Assembly: GCF_009914755.1 (NCBI RefSeq)
Contig: NC_060936.1
Length of the DNA: 64,000 bases
DNA from: the human T2T-CHM13v2.0 reference genome, Homo sapiens
Direction: 5' to 3' (one strand)
Part shown: positions 13,501 to 27,252 of the stretch, in pieces
How the letters are laid out: every line of letters begins with the position of its first letter
How positions within the stretch are numbered: position 1 is the first letter of the stretch
Made by a program: the position numbers and the translations under genes
Notes under the pieces: model-generated
Told to the model about the DNA's origin: nothing
Database searches by the model: none
What the model saw: only the letters and a program-made list of their open reading frames with translations

Positions 13501-14353
13501 TGGGCAAGGACTTCATGACTAAAACACCAAAAGCAATGACAAAAAAAGCCAAAATAGACAAATGGGATGTAATTAAACTAAAGAGCTTCTGTACAGCAAA
13601 AGAAACTATCATCAGAGTGAACAGGCAACCTACAGAATGGGAGAAAATTTTGCAATCTATCCATCTGACAAAGGGCTAATATCCAGAATCTACAAAGAAC
13701 TTAAACAAATTTACAAGAAAAAAAACAAAAAACCCCATCGAAAAACAGGCAAAGAATATGAACAGACACTTCTCAAAAGAAGACATTTATGTGGCTAACA
13801 AACATATGAAAAGAAGCTCATCACTGGTCATTACAGAAATGCAAATCAAAACCACAATGAGATACCATCTCATTCCAGTTAGAATGGCAGTCATTAAAAA
13901 GTCAGGAAATAACAGAACCTGCAGAGGATGTGGAGAAATAGGAACACTTTTACACTGTTGACGAGAGTGTAAATTAGTTCAACCATTTTGGAAGACAGTG
14001 TGGTGATTCCTCAAGGATCTAGAGCCAGAAATACCATTTGACCCAGCAATCCCATTACTGGGTATATACCCAAAGGATTATAAATCATTCTACTATAAAG
14101 ATACATGCACATGTATGTTTATTGCAGCACTGTTCACAATAGCAAAGAGTTGGAACCAACCAAATAACCATCAACGTTAGACTGGACAAAGAAAATATGG
14201 CACATGTACACCATGGAATACTATGCAGCCATAAAAAATGAGTTCATGTCCTTTGCAGGGACATGGATGAAGCTGGAAACCATCATTCTCAGCAAACTAA
14301 CACAAGAACAGAAAACCAAACACCGCATGTTCTCACTCATAAGTAGGAGTTGA
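10552..14353 (+). pseudogene. L1 ORF2p (endonuclease/reverse transcriptase) pseudogene
   Basis: MTESNSYITILTLNV (10552), [19 protein letters not shown] endonuclease motifs (10845..11366), RT segment 12139..12606, FADD at 12633-12644, C-terminal [13 protein letters not shown]; split by frameshifts and stops. Confidence 0.93.
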
Positions 14354-14588
14354 ACAATGAGAACATATGGGCACAAGGAGGGGAACATCACACAGTGGGG
14401 CCTGTCAGGGGGTGGTGGGCAAGGGGAGGGAGAGCATTAGGAGAAAAACTTAATGTAGATGACGGGTTGTTGGGTGCAGCAAACCACCATGGCACATGTA
14501 TACCTACATAACAAACGTGCACTTTCTGCACATGTGTCCCAGAACTTAAAGTATAATTTAAAAAAGAGAAAAAAAATAAAATAAAATA

Positions 14589-14787
14589 CCAAAGTGGTCA
14601 ATAAGAAACAAAAATTTAACTCCTGATTGCTTGATGAATTGGGAATGTGATAAGAGGTAAGGCTGCCCTTCAGTATGGGCAGATCAAGAGTTGTCACGCT
14701 AAGGAGACTATTCTGCCTAAAATTCTGTGTTACTATTTTGTATTTAAGTATGCTGGTATATTAAAAGTGTACATGTTTGAAAAAAAA
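14589..14787 (+). other. L1-mediated 3' transduced segment (about 190 bp plus a short second A-tail)
   Basis: Lies between the L1 A-tail and the 3' TSD copy (14784-14797); ATTAAA at 14760-14765, A8 at 14780-14787. Confidence 0.8.
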
Positions 14788-15744
14788 CAGCAACATAAAA
14801 TCTGACTTTTAGGTTCTAAGATAGACACTAAAGAAGAAGGCTGATCGCTCAGAAAGTCCTATTTTTCCTTTACAGATCATTTTCCTTCTTCTTCTTTTTT
14901 TTTTTTTTTTTTGTTGTTGTTGTTTTTGTTGGGAGCCCACTGCAGACTTTAGCAGCCAAGGGAGAACTACCCCACTCTCCCAACCTCCTTAGAGACTCTA
15001 TTTTTTAAAAAACATTCCCCAGCTAATCCCTGACCTGGTTTGCATGATCAACTGGGCACACATTCTAAGGTCTGTGAGGAAGTTTGTGTACAATGGCTGT
15101 TTCACAATCCCATTTCATTAAAAGCAGGCAAGCTCTGTTTAAATAACATTTCTGGTCCACTCACTATTCTTGGAGGCACAAGTGGCTGTCTCGATGTGTA
15201 AATGGATGTGTCAACACCAGGAAGAGTAAATGTTTGGGTGTTCACTACAAGTCTTTGCTTTGGACATTGCTGTTGTTTGCAGAAGACCCATAGGGCAGAG
15301 AGGCAGATTTCATAGCAGCAGCTTAGGATTTCACAGTGGCAAATGACTCTGATGATGTATTATGACACACACCCCATACATGCGAAGTTATGACTGTTTA
15401 CATTTTAAAATATATGGGATATTTTTCTATGTTAATCATTTAATTTTTCACACCTTCTTTTCATGGTCTTTATGTTACCTAGGCTTGGAAGTGATGCCAC
15501 TTGTTTTTATTTTTTTAATCAGTATCGTTTTCTTCCTTAGACATAAAAACACATCAAGGTAGCTTTTGTAGCCTTCTCATTCTAACTAATGTCCGCAGAG
15601 GACCCCAGCCAGCAACATCTTTTGATGTAGTGATGTGCAGAAATAGATCATTGTCTCCAAGCATTATTTAAATCATTCAAAAATCTTCTATATAAAACTG
15701 CAATTTAAACTCCAGAAAGTTCACTTGGAGTAACAGAAAGACTA

Positions 15745-15905
15745 AGTTAGAAACAGACAAACCTGAGTTCTAATCATGGTTCTGCTACAGCCATAGTCAT
15801 GGTTCTGCTAGAGGCATAGCCTAGAGAAGACTTCATGAGCTCAGATTTCTAACTTGTAAAATGAACTAGCTAAATAGATGAACTCTAAGATCCTTTCTAG
15901 CTCAA
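15745..15905 (+). mobile_element. MIR SINE relic
   Basis: AGACAAACCTGAGTTCTAATCATGGTTCTGCTAC...CTCAGATTTCTAACTTGTAAAATG...CTCTAAGATCCTTTCTAGCTC. Confidence 0.6.
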
Positions 15906-18900
15906 AATTGTATCAAGTGAATTCTTGGTGTCTAAAAGAAACTTGCCCTTATTAAAAGTATCAATTCTACCCAAATTAGCTTTCATTCGTTACATTTAAA
16001 CTATTCCTTTGTATATGGTGTTAAAATAGGAAATTACTAAATTTGTTTGCAAAGATCCAAATATCATTTCTCTATGCAGTTTGACTACTTTAATGTGAAA
16101 ATAACTTGCAGAACTGCAAACTGCAGAGGAAGTCAGAGTTCATAGAAAATCTCTTGCCTTCTTTTAGGACCTTCTGCTCAGAGTGTGTTTTTAGAGTTAG
16201 GCACTTCACCATCTGAGGCAAGAAAAGAAAGAGAAAGCAACCTAATCAAATAGAAAACTCTGAAAAGAACTCTTCTTTCATAAATTAGACTTCCTGTTCT
16301 TTACTTGAGGATCTGCAGTTTGGACAGAAGCCTTACTGTTTAGTGTAAACTCCCCAACCCCCTTCAGTGAATTTGGGTAGAAAATTAAACATATTTTCCA
16401 GGACTGTCACCAAAGTTTCTCCCTTATGTAGCACTGACATTTCTTCAAATCTCCTCTAAATATTATGAGAGAAAGAAGTGGCCTTTTGTTTGGAATGCTA
16501 GTTGTGACTTAGGATTATCAGTGAAGCCCCTTTGTTTGGGCTTTATTGAAGCATGTTAACAGCTGTCAGCAATAATACTTGCTCCGCCTGCTGCAACGTG
16601 ATGTATTGATGTGTATACAACAATATGTTACAAATTGAAATAAAATATGCATTTTTTCATAATTTATCAGCATTATGATGGCACAAAAAAGGCAGTCTTA
16701 TGAGTAATACAGAGCTCTTCAGCGGGCATTATGTACTGTAGGTAATAAACGCAGCCTCTCCCCTGGACTGCTGGGAGAGTTGTAAAGCAGAATGCATTAG
16801 TTCAGCCCTGTGACAATAAATCATTTTAGTATGTCAGTAGGCCCTGGCTAACTTTTACTCCTGAGGTCTGAAAGAATAGTGTGCCATACGGCTCTGGATG
16901 GTTTCTGAAGTGTTTAGACTGGCTCCGATTCTCCTGGGTAATGTTTTGAGTGAGTGATATGGTTAGATAACAAGTGGCAGTATTTCTCAGGTATCAATAT
17001 TGTGATGCCTCCTGTTGTTTTATTGCCTGGAGTGGCTGATTTTGTCCTAATTGGAACTGTAGTTCTTCTTTGTATCTCTATTTGCAATATGGTGCAGTGT
17101 TTCTTTAAAAAATAGAAGTCGTTCTGTAATACTGTGAAACTGCTCGAAATGGCTTCACCCTGACTCTTAGTTATCTTTGCATGGATGAGAAATCAATAAA
17201 TCCTCACTGTTGTTATTTTATCCTCTTAAAAATACGGATACCTTTCTAGGAACTGCTTTTCTTGGTACTACAATGGCCGTCGGTTCACCATGACCTCATT
17301 TATTTCAAATGGTAGCAACCCAGCCTCATTAGTAGCGAATTTAAATTGATTGTGTAGGATTTAAAGAATTATGTTTATATAAACTTTGTTAAACTATCCA
17401 AGCCTTCTGTATGTATTAATTTTTCCTAGGATAACAGCAGGCATAATGGTTTATACATATGTTGACAAGGCCCCATTTTAAATCACTCTTTTGGCTGAGA
17501 ATACGCACCTGAAATTTTAACACATTACAATTTTCTCCTATGGTAACAAAGATCTGAAAAAAAATTATCAGAAATACTAGATGGAAAACAACAGCTGCTC
17601 TGAAGGAGGTGAGATGGATATTTCATTTTGGCATTATTTTATTATGTTACAACTGTGTAAATGAATTCTGAACAAAACTTCAGCCCTTTCTTTTTGATGC
17701 ATAAGATTGCTTCCCAACCCTCTGCTGTCTTGAACTAAGTATCCATATATTAAGTTCATGCTCATCCACGAACAGTTAAGAAAACAGTGATTTGATGCAT
17801 CCACACAGTACTTTTTACTGCAATGTAATAGTATGACTTATAACTTAAGCTCATTTTAAACATTCAAACTAATTAGAGTCATAAAACTATAATAATAGTA
17901 CATTTTAATCCACTGGTGTATTAACCAATATGGGTGGAGATGTGATTTTCATACAAAAGACTCTGAACTAGTCCAGAAAAATATATGGATTGAAACAGGT
18001 GGGAAATAACAGTTCAGGCTCACTGCTCCTTCATGTCCCTGAAATATAAATGCAGGGACTATTAGCAGCAGCACAACAGCTGAGCTGCATGAAGATGGTC
18101 AATTTCTAAGGAAACTAGAATTTATGTAATAGAGGGCCTTTTGGACCACATCAACTTGACTTCATTTTGAAGTAAATATGTAACCAGTGCAGCTTGCAAG
18201 GCACGGCATGGCTTTCACGCATTTCAAATGGCTTGTGTGTGGCCTCTGTTCTGCCCCAGTGGGTCCTCTGAGCTGGCCCCACAGAAGAGATTGCTGCAGT
18301 CCAATATACAGATTAGGAAAGCATGAAGCACTATGGTGACAGCAATTTCAAAGACAGATGCCTTCTGTTTATCTCCAGATTGGGGATAGTGAAGAAAATA
18401 GCGGTGCAAAGTTCTTTGCCATTAACTTACTTCTTCCATTTGCTTTGTGAGTGTACCCTAAAGAAGAAAGTGGAATTCTGACTGCATAGTGGATCTCCAG
18501 TAATTGTTATGAAAGCCTTGGAAATTTTGACAGCAAGTAGGGCATGCCATCAAATATATAAGCTTAAGGCTATCTACTGATTTGTGAGAAGCCACTGTGT
18601 ACATAGGAAGTACTGGTGGTGGGCCTTTCCTTTAGGTTCATGTGTAGTTGGAGATTTATTTGATGTTTGAGATCCATTGTGCTTTGTAACAGAATCCTCT
18701 TAGCATCCCTACCATAAGCTCAGATGAAAGATGATTTAAAGTACTGTGGTTGGCTAACATGCATTGTTTCTACTTAGTGAAGACAGATTTTTAATAAAAA
18801 ACTTTCAAAGCAAAATATCAAATATGTTTAATAGGGAATTTTATACCTCATTGAGTGAAGGCTTTTAAAAAATTCTTTGATTCAAAACATCTTTTGTTTG

Positions 18901-19914
18901 GAAAATAGAAATTCTGAAGCTGGTTGCTCTGTGGAATACACTTTAAAAGAAAAGTTAATAGGTCATTGATTTATCGCATTTTCCAGGAAATTCCTTTTTG
19001 CCATTTTATTTAGGAAAATGTAAAAGAAACAGAAAATTCCTTCACATATGTGAAAAAAAATCACCCTTCAGGAAAATTATACATCTTCATACATAGGTGT
19101 TCTAGAGCACACACATTCTGATATATATATACAAACACTTTAACTTGGAAGAAAGATCTAGAAAAATACAAAATCTAGTATTGATATTTCTTAATGAGCT
19201 TTCATAGAATAATAATTCTGAAATAGACCATGACTAAATCTATGAGGTATAATTTCATATATTTACCCTACTCTCAGAAAAATAGGTATTCAACAATCTT
19301 TTGGAGAAGGAATAACCGGTCATTTTTCATGGTCTAATGAGGTATTTATTACCTTTCCTGGGTCTGCCATGAATACCCCCTTTAGAAGGTTCAAATTTTT
19401 CATATTCATTTACAAAAATCTACAATTTTCTATGTCTAAGTAATTTGATTCATTTCCTTAAACATTCTTTGAATCCTATATTTATCTCTTTCTAAATTGA
19501 ACAAAGCATACATTTAAATGAGAGAATGAAAGCCTCCTTTTTAAAGATGTGGGATCTATTTTGTTTGCTTCCAAAGTTGCTTTTTAAAAAAAAAATGCTA
19601 CAATTAATCTTGGGTAATGTAAATTCTAAGATGGAACTTATAAAACACTTTCAAGATGTCTGAATTATGTTATCCATTAGATTATATGTACTTTTTGCAC
19701 AGATATAATAAAAAGATATAAAAATTTTATTTTACTTGGTTTCTAGGAACATTATGATCACTGAAAGTGTTGAATAATTTCTGAGATATTAGTGATCAGA
19801 AACACTATTATTTGTTCTAATAAAAAGTGTTTCTGAAGCATAAGATTTAAACGGAAGGGCCAAGAAAGTCATAACCTTACCTTAAATTTGCTTAGGTGAA
19901 GGCCTTCGTGAGCA

Positions 19915-20095
19915 TGGTAGCATTTCTTGGATGTAGCCAGAATTCAGTTTTACCCCTAATTTCTTATTTAGTGGCTATATAAACTTCTATATATACTTAA
20001 ACTCTCTGAATCTGTTTTATTATCGGCAAATTGGGAATAATGACTTTCAGAGTTTCTGGAAAATTTGAAAGTACTCAATAAATATTATTATTCTT
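19915..20095 (+). mobile_element. MIR SINE relic
   Basis: ACTTAAACTCTCTGAATCTGTTTTATTATCGGCAAATTGGGAATAATG...GTACTCAATAAATATTA. Confidence 0.5.
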
Positions 20096-21439
20096 TATTT
20101 ACATGTCATAAAATCATTATTCATCCTAAGCCTCCCAAAGCCAAGAGTAGCCCTTAAACACAGTAGGTGCTCAATACACTATAGACAGGTAATGTTTATA
20201 GTTATTGAGTGAGGCCAGAACTATGTGAGTCTTGGTTTGTTCTCCTCATATGCTCAAGTTTTATGAACAGGGGTTGTGAAGAGAATAAGATTATGAAGGA
20301 AATAAGACAGCTTTGGAAACACCATGAGGAGGATCTATGGCAGGGTGGGCAAATCCTGCAGTTATTCTTCTCCATAGAGACCCCCTAATGTAGTCATTTC
20401 ATTTCCAAGGAGGCACCCCATTACCTCAAACCTGGTACATGAGATGCAACCTTACTAGGAGTCTCAGCACAGGAACCCTGAGTACCAAACTGGGAGGAAG
20501 CCAGGACCAGGATAACTGGAAATCTACTAGCATTGGGAAAACAGGCTAAAGGATCTGCATCCACCCAGGTTGTGTTTGGCAGTCTTCAGCAGAGGTGAAT
20601 CAATTAATCATCAGGCACACAAGCAACAAACAAAGCATGAGTAGCAGGCGTTAGAGAAAAAAGTGGGTCAGGCATAATAGTTCTTAGGCAAGAAAGAGAT
20701 GTAATCCATATTTACAACTATGAAGTTATAAATTGCAGTGAACAGAAGGACTGAGGAAAATGGGAAGAACAACAGGTTTAAGCAAACAGCTAGAGAGAGT
20801 TGTTCATTCCCATCACAAGGCTCAAAAATCTTTATGAAAGGGGAGAATACCGTTCCAGATCTTGGCCTTCTAAGGATCATTATTTGTAGGAAGAGCTGGT
20901 TTCATGTTGCTGGAGAGCACATGTGTGCAGGAAGTGCAGACCAAGAGAAAAAATGGCAAAGGTGCAGAGGTCAGAGAAGGCAGTAAAAGGGCCCTGTAAG
21001 AAATGTTCACTTACAAATTTCATTGTGTTTTTGAAGTTACCATTTGAGGTTTTTTCTTGATTTGATTCTTACATTTCAGGACCCCCCTTTGACTGGGTTT
21101 GTGCTTCCTTTTGCCACTCGTTTGGGTAGAATTAGTGTCTGGAACCCCAGATAGCCCAGATATTTATTCACTTTTTAAGTATGCATGATATTATCTTGGC
21201 CATGCCTGGTAGCATGAGACTTCTTTTTAGTCTTTAAAATGACATTCTAAAATATGCTGAAGCATGCTGCTAATCTGTTGTCTTCATTCTCTAAGGAATT
21301 TGGAGAAGAACGTTCACTTTAGTAAGATTCAGCAAACTTGGAAACTATGTCCCAGAGAGTTGTGCATCACACCATTATGAGTAATGTTTTAGACTCTATA
21401 TTGACAAAATTGGCTAAGGGTTTTAATAAACAACTCCAA

Positions 21440-21898
21440 ATCCTCACTATTATGAAAAGACCAATGTGAATGTTTCTGGTCAGGCAGCTCTCTTAGGAGG
21501 CTCTTTTCTGAGATATGGCTAGGAATTCTGGGGTCCTTGCATGCTGTGGCTCCACTAACATCTTGGAGGCACGCGCACCTTGCTTCTGGCTGCTCACTCT
21601 GGGTAGGCTGGAAGTGAAAGGGAGATAGGAGGGACGCTGGAGAACAGGTCACTCAGGTTATTTTATGGTTATTTTATGGCCAGTTCTAAAAAAAGTATTT
21701 GTGTCTTATACCCACATTCCACCAGCCAGAAGTTAGTCATTGAAGCCCCACCTCAATGCAAGGTGGGGCTCTATGACTAACTTCTGGCTGGTGGAATGTG
21801 GGTAGAGGACACGTAATTAATTGTCCTAGGCAATGTAATTTTCCTGGTGCTGACGAGGAAAAAAATATGGACACACATGTAGCATCGTATCTGCCATA
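21440..21898 (-). mobile_element. Old MaLR solo LTR (MLT1J/K/L-type) containing an inverted duplication
   Basis: GGGTCCTTGCATGCTGTGGCTCCAC, CACATTCCACCAGCCAGAAGTTAGTCA..GCCCCACCTCAATGCAAGG and terminal TCTGCCATA resemble antisense MLT1K; left boundary uncertain. Confidence 0.6.
21701..21812. repeat. Long inverted repeat / pre-miRNA-like hairpin
   Basis: 21709-21740 is the exact reverse complement of 21773-21804 (32 bp); inner 10-bp stem 21744-21753/21761-21770; 7-nt loop CAATGCA; outer 7-bp extension. Confidence 0.95.
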
Positions 21899-22734
21899 GC
21901 CTCTATAAAGCTTAGCTCTCTCCACTCAAGTGACTGAGCTAGCTCCTTCCCCACTCCATCCTTTTCTGGCTCTCCCCTACTACCTGCGCTCCTGCTCTGT
22001 CAAGAGTCATCACCTAAATAGCCATAAAGCCAGTGGCCCCAACTCTCTCCGCCAGTATTAAGAATGAATGTCAGAGCAAAGTGCCAGCAGTTTGGCAGAT
22101 TTCCTTAGAATCTTTAACTGTTCTCCTCCTGTTTCGAAAAAGCAAACTCACCATTAATGCATATCCCTGGTATGTTGTACTCCAAGTAGAGGCAGAAATA
22201 ACTCATCCTGGCAAAAGGAAATCACCCTGGAAATTACCAGAGGATGTGACATGGATTATTTAGTGTAATGGCTGAAGGTGTTTTCAGTAAAATGCAGTGT
22301 ATGCTGTGTTCCCTGATCCCATTTGTCCTCTTAAAATTAATTTCTGTAGTGTTTCACAGTTACCTGTTTAATTATTCATTCTAGATGTCATGGAGAATGA
22401 TACAGTACTGCAAAATAAAGCCAATAAAACAAGTTTCTAATGCTAAATATCAAAGCTGGAAAATATGACCATTACAAATAAGCAAGAATCTGTCTTCTCT
22501 TTTCATAAGTATTCTACAAAGACATGGCATTCAATAAACAATAGGGTTGCTTGGATTAATTTGAAGATGTTTGCATAAATAGGCTCAGAGTTTTATAGTT
22601 ATGTTGTTGTGGGGTTTTTGTTTTTGTTTCTTTTTTTCCTCTATAGTTTGTTTGTTTGTATCACAAGAGTACGTGTTTCACAGGCAAAATATTCACCTTA
22701 AACTTTCATGCCATTGAAATGTCCCCTTCTCTTT

Positions 22735-22875
22735 GCAGTGTAGTGTTATGGGAGAGGCATGAACTTTCAAAGTCAGGCAGACCTGGGTGCAAGTCCTGCC
22801 TTTAACACCCTCGTTGTGCAAGTCACTTGCCATCTCACAGGCTGTTTCTCACCTGTAAAATATACTTCCCAATAT
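22735..22875 (+). mobile_element. MIR SINE (MIRb-like)
   Basis: GCAGTGTAGTGTTATGGGAGAGGCATGAACTTT..AGTCAGGCAGACCTGGGTGCAAGTCCTGCC...GTTTCTCACCTGTAAAAT. Confidence 0.7.
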
Positions 22876-24135
22876 TATTATGTGTATGAAACTAAGTACT
22901 GTAGAACAAAATTTGAATTTAGCACACTGACTTGCCTCTTTCTTAAGAAGAGATTAATTTCTACTAATAATTTTATATGAACTATAAATGACAAGGTTGA
23001 TTTCAATGGATAAAAATATAAGAAGAACAGTGTGAAAACTGCGAGGACTTTATGAAGACTCTTAAATGAGGGAAGGGAATTCATTCATTTTAAATATTTA
23101 ACATTTAAAATTATTTTACTTAAAATAGTATAATAAAGAGAGTACTTTGAAACTAAGTTTCTTTATTAAAATAGAAGAGATTACAACTCTATTACCTTAA
23201 ATATTACCTCTTTATACCTGAGCTCAACGAATCACATTTCATCATGAAAATACTTAGAAATTAAGGCAGAGCTTTGCATACTATAAACAGGATTACAAAA
23301 ACAATTTTCTAAAGTCCTATTGTAAATCTGGAAGATAAGGTTTAAGAGATCTAAGAGATCTTTTCAACAGAAAAACATAGAAGAACAACTCAGGAGGCTA
23401 AATATCCTTATCATAAATTCTAAAAGGAGAAAAATTAGAAAATGGGGGAAATTATCAAGTAAATGAACAAAGAAAATTTCATAGAGCTGAATAGAGACAT
23501 GAATCTTCTTCAAAGAGCCCAAAGTTTTCTAGAAAGGGAAATGTGGTCATAGACATGTAAAAAAAAAATCGCAGTAGCTCTGATTTCTCATCAGTACCAC
23601 AGCAGAGACAATGGAGCAATCCTTTCAAATTTTGAGAGGTAATGTTTCAAACTGGAATTCCATACCCAGTCAAGATGTCTTTAAATGATAAGGTCAAAAT
23701 AAAGACAATTTCAGAAATTCAAGAACTTCAGAAGTTTATCTTCTACTCACCCTTTGTGAAGAAGTCACCTGAAGGTGTACTCTGGCCAAACCATCATGAA
23801 AATTAAAAAAAGGATTTGAGATACAGGAAACACTGGAAACAATTCATTGAGGTCAATTACAAAGAGTTCCCATATTGTCATCAAATCAAAAATAGTCCCC
23901 AATTTCAGAAAATGTAAAACAAAGAAAGAATATAAATTGATTTAACTCAAAGATAAAATTACTAAGAAGCTAGAAATTGTTAATTTTGAAGGCATTTTTC
24001 TTCTCTGCAGGACAAAAGAAAGGTAATTAGGAAAGTCAGAAAAAGAACAAATACACAGAAATGCACTATCCCTATATCACCCCCTCACCAAAATTAAACA
24101 GTCAAAAACTCCATAAGAAAATAATGGCCTAAATA

Positions 24136-25762
<1,627 letters not shown>

Positions 25763-26043
25763 TATAACAAACCAAAATATCTCATACTTTTGAGCAGTTG
25801 ATGGAATGTAAGGAAAAAAACATTTAATTATAATACTAGGATATTTTAATTTTAAATAGGACAGAGACAATAACATTGGACTAAAATAAATTTTTTAAAA
25901 TCTGATAGAACAAATGAAATCTTTAACCCAGGGGATAATGTATTTCAAAGGCCCTAGTTCTGGCCCTGGTCCTGTCCCTGACCCCAGCTTCACTATGTGT
26001 CCACGGGAGTGCTTTCACTGGCGCTGTGACTTTTTACAAGCTC

Positions 26044-26102
26044 ATGTATAAACTAAGGCCTGTTCTCTGAATCTTATTTTGAACTAGTTCTGACACCATT
26101 AA
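26044..26102 (+). repeat. 59-bp dispersed direct repeat, copy 1
   Basis: 51/59 ungapped identity with 27194-27252. Confidence 0.9.
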
Positions 26103-27193
26103 AATTGAGGGCAGACAGTAAACTAGTGCTGGCTGGCCTAAAAGGTGCTAGGACATTGAAAAATGGTTCGTTAAGATGTAGCCTGTTTACCAAGTGCCAC
26201 TGGAGGGACATATAAAATATTCCTCTTCAGTGGAAAGGGGAGAATCTTTCCTTCCTCTTCCTTCTCCAGCCAACCCCAGTGGAAAACAGCTCTCTATAAC
26301 TTGTGCCCTAAGCCCTTGTCCATGTGATTCTCAAGCACTCAGTCATTTAGTTGGGGTAAAAGAACACAAAAAATTAACCAAACTGACTATTAGGCTAAAA
26401 AAGAAAATGTGATATTTAATTATAGTCATCCTCTAAGAGACACAAGAATCCAGAATGGAGAGGAAGATCGATTAAAACAATTTCTAAGCAACCTAGAGAA
26501 TCCCCTGTTTTAGACTTAGTGCTGTATTAACACAGTGACAGCTTTGAAATCTCCCAAAGTAAATTTGTAACTGTTTTTCCATTATCCCTTTCAGACTCCA
26601 TTCCTAGTCTGTCCTACAGAATACAGAAACCAATTTATATTTTCTAGTCTAAACCTATGTTTTAATCTTTAATGATCATTTTTATATTATAGAAACAATG
26701 TCAGAAATTAAAATTCCCAATAATCTTACCCCAGGGAAAATACTATTAACAGTTCTTAATATATATGTTAATATATAGGTCAAATATATTTTAAGAATTG
26801 AACTTCGAAATTACTCCCAGTGATAATTTGTAGTGCTTGAAGATTATTTTTGCATATTCTCACATTTTGCTATTTGTATGTTATACATTCTTTCCCTGTT
26901 TTCCAGGCTGAGAATGTGCTATTCTGGTTGAATAATCCTGCATTAATAAATCTGAAGACTTAACGATACCAAAGCTGCGTTGCCAGTCAAATTTGCTTTT
27001 TGTTTTTAGATATCTGCATATACTTCATCCCCTGTGATACTAGTGTACAGATTTTTAGGTTTCATTTTATTTGTTTTATGAATTTTTAAAAATGATATGC
27101 TTTCTGTGGTAAATTTCTTTATAAATTACCTGATTTGGATTGGATGAGAAAAGCTGTCTAATGGAGCTAGGATATAAATTAGAATGAAGTTCA

Positions 27194-27252
27194 ATGTATA
27201 AATTAAGGCCTATTTGCTGAAGCTTATTTTAAATTAGTTCTGATACCATTAA
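27194..27252 (+). repeat. 59-bp dispersed direct repeat, copy 2
   Basis: 51/59 ungapped identity with 26044-26102. Confidence 0.9.

Larger units (their letters stand above)
8812..14588 (+). mobile_element. Near-full-length LINE-1, L1PA7-like, inactive (two internal deletions, many stops and frameshifts)
   Basis: 5' UTR CAAGATGGCCGAATAGGAACAGCTC; ORF1 remnant; 63-nt spacer 10489-10551; ORF2 fragments with EN and RT; 3' UTR GCATTAGGAGAAA..TAATGTAGATGACGGGTTG..GGGTGCAGCAAACCACCATGGCAC (L1PA7-like); A-tail 14560-14588; TSD AAAACAGCAACATA at 8798-8811 and 14784-14797. Confidence 0.95.

Noticed and set aside
8812-14588. Retrotransposition-competent L1
   Set aside because: ORF1 start and core are deleted; ORF2 has multiple frameshifts and stops
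20320-21130. Possible very old LTR remnants
   Set aside because: LTR-like in texture, but I could not match a consensus or termini with confidence
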